Below the pieces are notes generated by a model. The model was not told the DNA's origin. It worked only from the letters and a program-made list of their open reading frames with translations, and made no database searches. From NCBI RefSeq assembly GCF_009914755.1, contig NC_060947.1: a stretch of 64,000 nt of DNA; one strand, given 5' to 3'. Shown here one piece after another: positions 59,491 to 64,000 of the stretch. The stretch comes from the human T2T-CHM13v2.0 reference genome, Homo sapiens. How positions within the stretch are numbered: position 1 is the first letter of the stretch; every line of letters begins with the position of its first letter. The translations under genes and the position numbers were made by a program.

Positions 59491-62289
59491 GAACTTTTCA
59501 GTAAATATCACCACTGGTAGTTTTAATTGGAGACAAGAGAACTGAAGAGTGTATGCTCCTAGAAGAGACCTGGATCTGACTCACTTCTGCCATTCATATT
59601 AGAAACTGGAAACATCAATCCTTAAAAACATGTCATCATTAATCCTCTGGGGCTCTCCCATGCATTAGGAAGATTTACAAAAATAAATGATGTGAAGAAA
59701 TTCAAAGAGATTGCTTGTTGGATAGCAGTGATATATTCCCTAGAAGCCATAGAGATAGTTCATTGCTTGGCCTAGACCCATGCTACTGACACTCAGTCCA
59801 GGCTTGTATTGGCATCTCCTAAAATGATAGACCCTATAAATTGACCAGCCTCCACCTGTGTGATTATAAATACCTGGACTGAAGTTTTTTCCTCCATAGG
59901 TTTTATTGTTCTCAAGAATAGCCGTGCTGCCAGAGGAAAAATGTAATGTACTTACAAATATAAAGCAAATACTGTGTGCCATTCTATGTGCCTAATTCCA
60001 CAGTACTATTCAAACTACTTCTGTCCAACTGTATGTCCTCACTCAACTGGTTTTAATACCATGTTACCCCTACTCAGGCTGCAAATACTTTTATGTCTTC
60101 TCAATACAGCCATACAATATGTGCATGCTTTAAATACCATGCTCCCCTTAAACGCGGTTTTAGTCATGACTCTTCTCCTCCTCGTTAAAGAAAAAAATTC
60201 AGCATATTCTAACCCAAGTGAAAAGCACAGTATTATTGAAAAATCTTATTTTATATTTGCTTATGTGCTGAATATATCTAAATGACCGAAGTGTTTAGGA
60301 AGTATGACCTGGTACCTATTCTGATGTCACTTATTCAGTCAGGGCATAATCTTTTATTCTGCCATGATGGAATTGAAGTTACCCCAAAGAGTAGAGTAAA
60401 ACTACTCCTCAAATTGGGTGGAATTTGTTCTCAAAATACACACAAAATTCTGATTACTCCAAGAGGCTCCTGGTAATCTAAACCTGGGGAAACAGCTTTT
60501 AGGCAGCTCTGTTCAAAGCAGGTCTTCTTTAGTAGCTATATAAACAATCTCTCTCGGTTGACCTAATTTTTACCAGCCAATTAAAACTATGCATCACTAA
60601 TGCTTACTGTGGTGACATTTAATTGGTGAAGCCTGCCTGACCCTCCATTATTATTACTCTGACCCATTGATCTTAAAAATTACAAACCTAAAAGTTCACC
60701 TATAAATATCCTTCATATTAAGAAATGCATGTGCCTAGGCTTAGAGATATACATATTGCCATTTTTGAGATTTTCAGTATGTGGCTTCTCTTCTTTTTCA
60801 CACTCAATATGTATAACCATCTATCTGTGCCTGGACAAGTATGGAGAGCTATGCACATACATTCTGGACATTTAAAACTTTAAGTATTTTAAATATTAAA
60901 ATAAAGGAATGTATTGTTACATGTGAAATTTTTGCATTGTTTATTAAATAGGAGTTTCAAAGCAAGTTGGGAAATCTATTTTAATATGCCCTTATGCTGC
61001 AGCAATGTTTCAGTGGAGAAGGACAGAATATTTTAGGTTCAATTCCCTAAACCTGAACTCTTTCTTATCAGGAATACATCAAGTATTGATAAACTGAGAT
61101 GTGTACGTTAGTTATTCTCTCTTTATATAAAATGTATTTGTTAGTAGCTCATGGGCATATATGAAATCTCAAGTTAAAAAATATCTCTCATGGTAAAACA
61201 AAAATAGCTTACAAATATTTCTTAAATACTAATTTATGATAAATATTTTACAGTTATTCCTATATCAATATGAGAGATGGGTGAAAAATATCTTAATGGA
61301 AGGAAGAAATTTCTTCTTTAAGTGAATGTGGATCATTGGTTTGCTGATATGTCAGGTTGGGCACTTGCTCACAAAGAACAGTGTTTCCATTTTAAACATC
61401 ATTTCAGTGAGGTAAAAAAATAATCTGTGAAGACTGATGCCAACTTTAAACTCTTTCTATAGTAGATTTGGCACTTGAGAGCAATCTTTTCTTTACAAAT
61501 TTTAATGACCAAAAAATCGATCTGGCTTTCCCGTGAGTCACAGTGAATTAAAAACAAATTGTTCATTATGTTCAGCTGCAATGCAATGGTGGGGGGGGAA
61601 GCTTAAAATCCCAAAAAGTGACCATGATTTCAATAAAAGTTGGCAAGTGATTATTCAGTTTTAGTTGCATTGTATATGCCATTTAAAAGAAGGGGCCTAA
61701 GAAGGTGATTTAACATTGAAGTATATTCTACCTAATTTGCAAATGAATTTTATGTGGTGCTCCTAACCTTTTTAAAAATTCTCTGGAACTCCATTATAAC
61801 ATAATTGTTCATAGGTCAGAATTCTATAAAACTTGAATTAATTTTATGCCTAAAAGAGGGTATAGTTATTAATGTAATAGAAGAAAAAGCACATTAAAAC
61901 ACATTGAAAATACAAGGCTACTTGTATACACAAGTGCACAATAAGTACTGAAGATCAATCATACTTTGATGTTACAGTGTGACATGGTCAGTTCAGCTAG
62001 GTTTCACACCATACAAGTAAAGTACATGTTGTAGGATTCTGGGAGAACTTAGTCCCATGGTCATAGATGGTAGCCTCCCCTCAACCAACACTTGTATTAA
62101 TATGCGATACTGGTCACAGAAAAATAGACTGTATAAACTGTAGATGGAACAATTAATATCTTTACTAGTTATGAAAACTACCTACTGGTTACATATATGC
62201 ATGTGCAGATGCACAGTGAACCCGCAAGATGTTACATTTTGAAGTCTAATTTTCAAAAGAAACACAATGTAATTGTGATTATTCCTTTC

Positions 62290-62550
62290 TTCATCCATTC
62301 ATTCATTTACTCAACAAATACTTAAAGCCTTTTTTGGTCCAAGCACTATGATAAACATGGAGCATGAATAGATAAAGAAGATAGCATTTGTCCTTAAGAG
62401 CTTAAAATCTGTAGTAGTCTAAAATCATTCACAAATAGTCAATGCTGAATACAAATACTGTAAGAGAGGCAAAAAAAAAGTTACATTACATTTTTGTGGG
62501 GCAATCAGGATATGCATTACAAAGGAGATATGTGAATGCTAGGTACAAGA
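62290..62550 (-). mobile_element. L2 3' fragment
   Basis: tcattcattcatttactcaacaaatactt…ccaagcactatg…tgtccttaagagctta. Confidence 0.65.
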
Positions 62551-62889
62551 AAATAGTACCTGATTTTGCCTAATATGCATTAACATATTTTACTCTAACT
62601 TTATAAGGGCATCCTTTTTAAAAACATACATTTTTATTGGTGTTTGTTAAAATGTGTAGTCTTTCCTTGAATTCAACATAGATTTCAACATGAAATATGC
62701 ACAACATAAAATATGTGAAATGTTCTTGGGGTTAGAAAAGTTTTACTGCAAACGATTATTTCCAGTCTAGCCATTCTGTTTCATCATCTGCATAAGGGGT
62801 TGATTTCAAAGCAACATTTAAAAATTTTCTTTTCAAAATTTCAGACCTAAACCAAATACTAGATACCATTTGCTTCACTCATTATTATA

Positions 62890-63309
62890 CACCATAGTTT
62901 GGATGCTTGTTCTCCAAATATCATGTGAAAACTTGATCCTAATTCTGAAGGCAGGGCCTACTAGGAGGTGTTTGGGTCATAGGGTCTGATTCCTCGTGAA
63001 GAGATCAATGCCTCCCTTGGGGGTGAGCTCTCTTTCTGTTAGTTCCCCTGAGAACTGACTGTTGAAAAGAACCTGACACCTTCCTCATCTCCCTCTCTCA
63101 CTTCCTCCCTTCCCATATAATCTCTGCACACACCAGCTGCCTTTTGCCTTCTGCTCTGAGTGGAAGCTACCTGAGGCCCTCACCAAAAGCAGATGCTGGC
63201 AACATGCTTCTTGTATAGCCTGTAGAACTGTGAGCCAAAAAACTACTTTTCTTTATTAATTACCCAATCTCAGGTATTCATTTATTGCAACACAAAATGA
63301 ACTAAGCCA
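62890..63309 (+). mobile_element. MSTB-type MaLR solo LTR
   Basis: catagtttggatgcttgttctcc…gcagatgctggcaacatgcttcttgtatagcctgtagaactgtgagcc…gcaacacaaaatgaactaag. Confidence 0.88.
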
Positions 63310-63786
63310 TCGTAATAACTATATTCAAGAAATATTTACTTTATACTATATGTCAGGTACTACAATGGGTAAAGCATCTAATTTAGATACCAAACCAACG
63401 GCAGTTACTATTAATTTCATTTTCTAAAGATTTTGGGGATGTGCATTTCTTTGTTTCTGAGTGCTTGTGTGTGTGTTTTGTTTTGGAGCAAAACAGGAGC
63501 AGTTAGTTAAGATGGGAGAAAATAAGAAGTAGATGTCTTTCAGGTTGTTTTTAATAGGCTATTATAATTAATACTATAGCCTTCTTTATAGCAAAATTCT
63601 CTATTATTTAGAATCTTAATCTACAGTGCTCCTCCATTAAATTTTAACATTTAAAATTTTATTTTAATAATATGGAAGAATAGGCTTTTTATAGGATTTT
63701 ATGAATATTTTAAATAAAAGATATAAAAATATTTTTAGATTTACAGAAATGTTGCAAAGATAGTACAGAATTTTCCTCTATACTTT

Positions 63787-64000
63787 TGTGATATTTTAAA
63801 ATATTTGTTTGGTCTTTAATGATTTCCTGGCATACAACTACTAAAATCCTCAGAATCTCCAAAGTGATGCCTTTTTGTATTCTAATGAGTTGACTTATGG
63901 CTGGCAGCCCCTGGGGGTCTAGTCACCAGAAAGACCAAGCCATGATTGGAGGGCAGAACTTCCGGAGAGTGTACAAAGGCTGAAGATTAAGTTGATCACC
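63787..64000. mobile_element. MER21-family LTR (cut by the window end)
   Basis: tgtgatattttaaaatatttgtttggtctt…ttcctggcatacaactactaaaatcc…gtcaccagaaagaccaaagccatgatt. Confidence 0.75.

Overview
This is AT-rich, repeat-dense human/primate genomic DNA, not prokaryotic. The only host coding sequence I can support is a 113-bp internal exon at 520-632 (+), missed by the ORF track. It encodes SRPGRPPKRSLGVLQENARLLTHAVPGLLSPGLITPT, which I recognise as dachshund homolog 2 (DACH2, X-linked, probably exon 3). The remaining ~63 kb is the downstream intron, filled with L1, Alu, MIR/L2, MaLR, ERV1 and ERVL elements and microsatellites. All long ORFs except one low-information 202-codon frame are transposon- or repeat-derived. 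The most notable structures are: (1) a young L1HS-like (ACG/A) insertion with both a 5' inversion and a 92-bp 3' transduction; (2) a second, older L1 with a 71-bp 3' transduction; (3) two very short twin-primed L1s; (4) a four-element nest of LTRs that includes a sense-strand HERV-H LTR7; (5) an internally collapsed ERVL provirus; (6) a ~200-bp TTC/GAA tract grown from an Alu tail; and (7) several repeat-free, motif-rich candidate enhancers. I see no evidence for a wholly new biological system. Repeat subfamily names come from recalled consensus sequences and need confirmation with RepeatMasker/Dfam.
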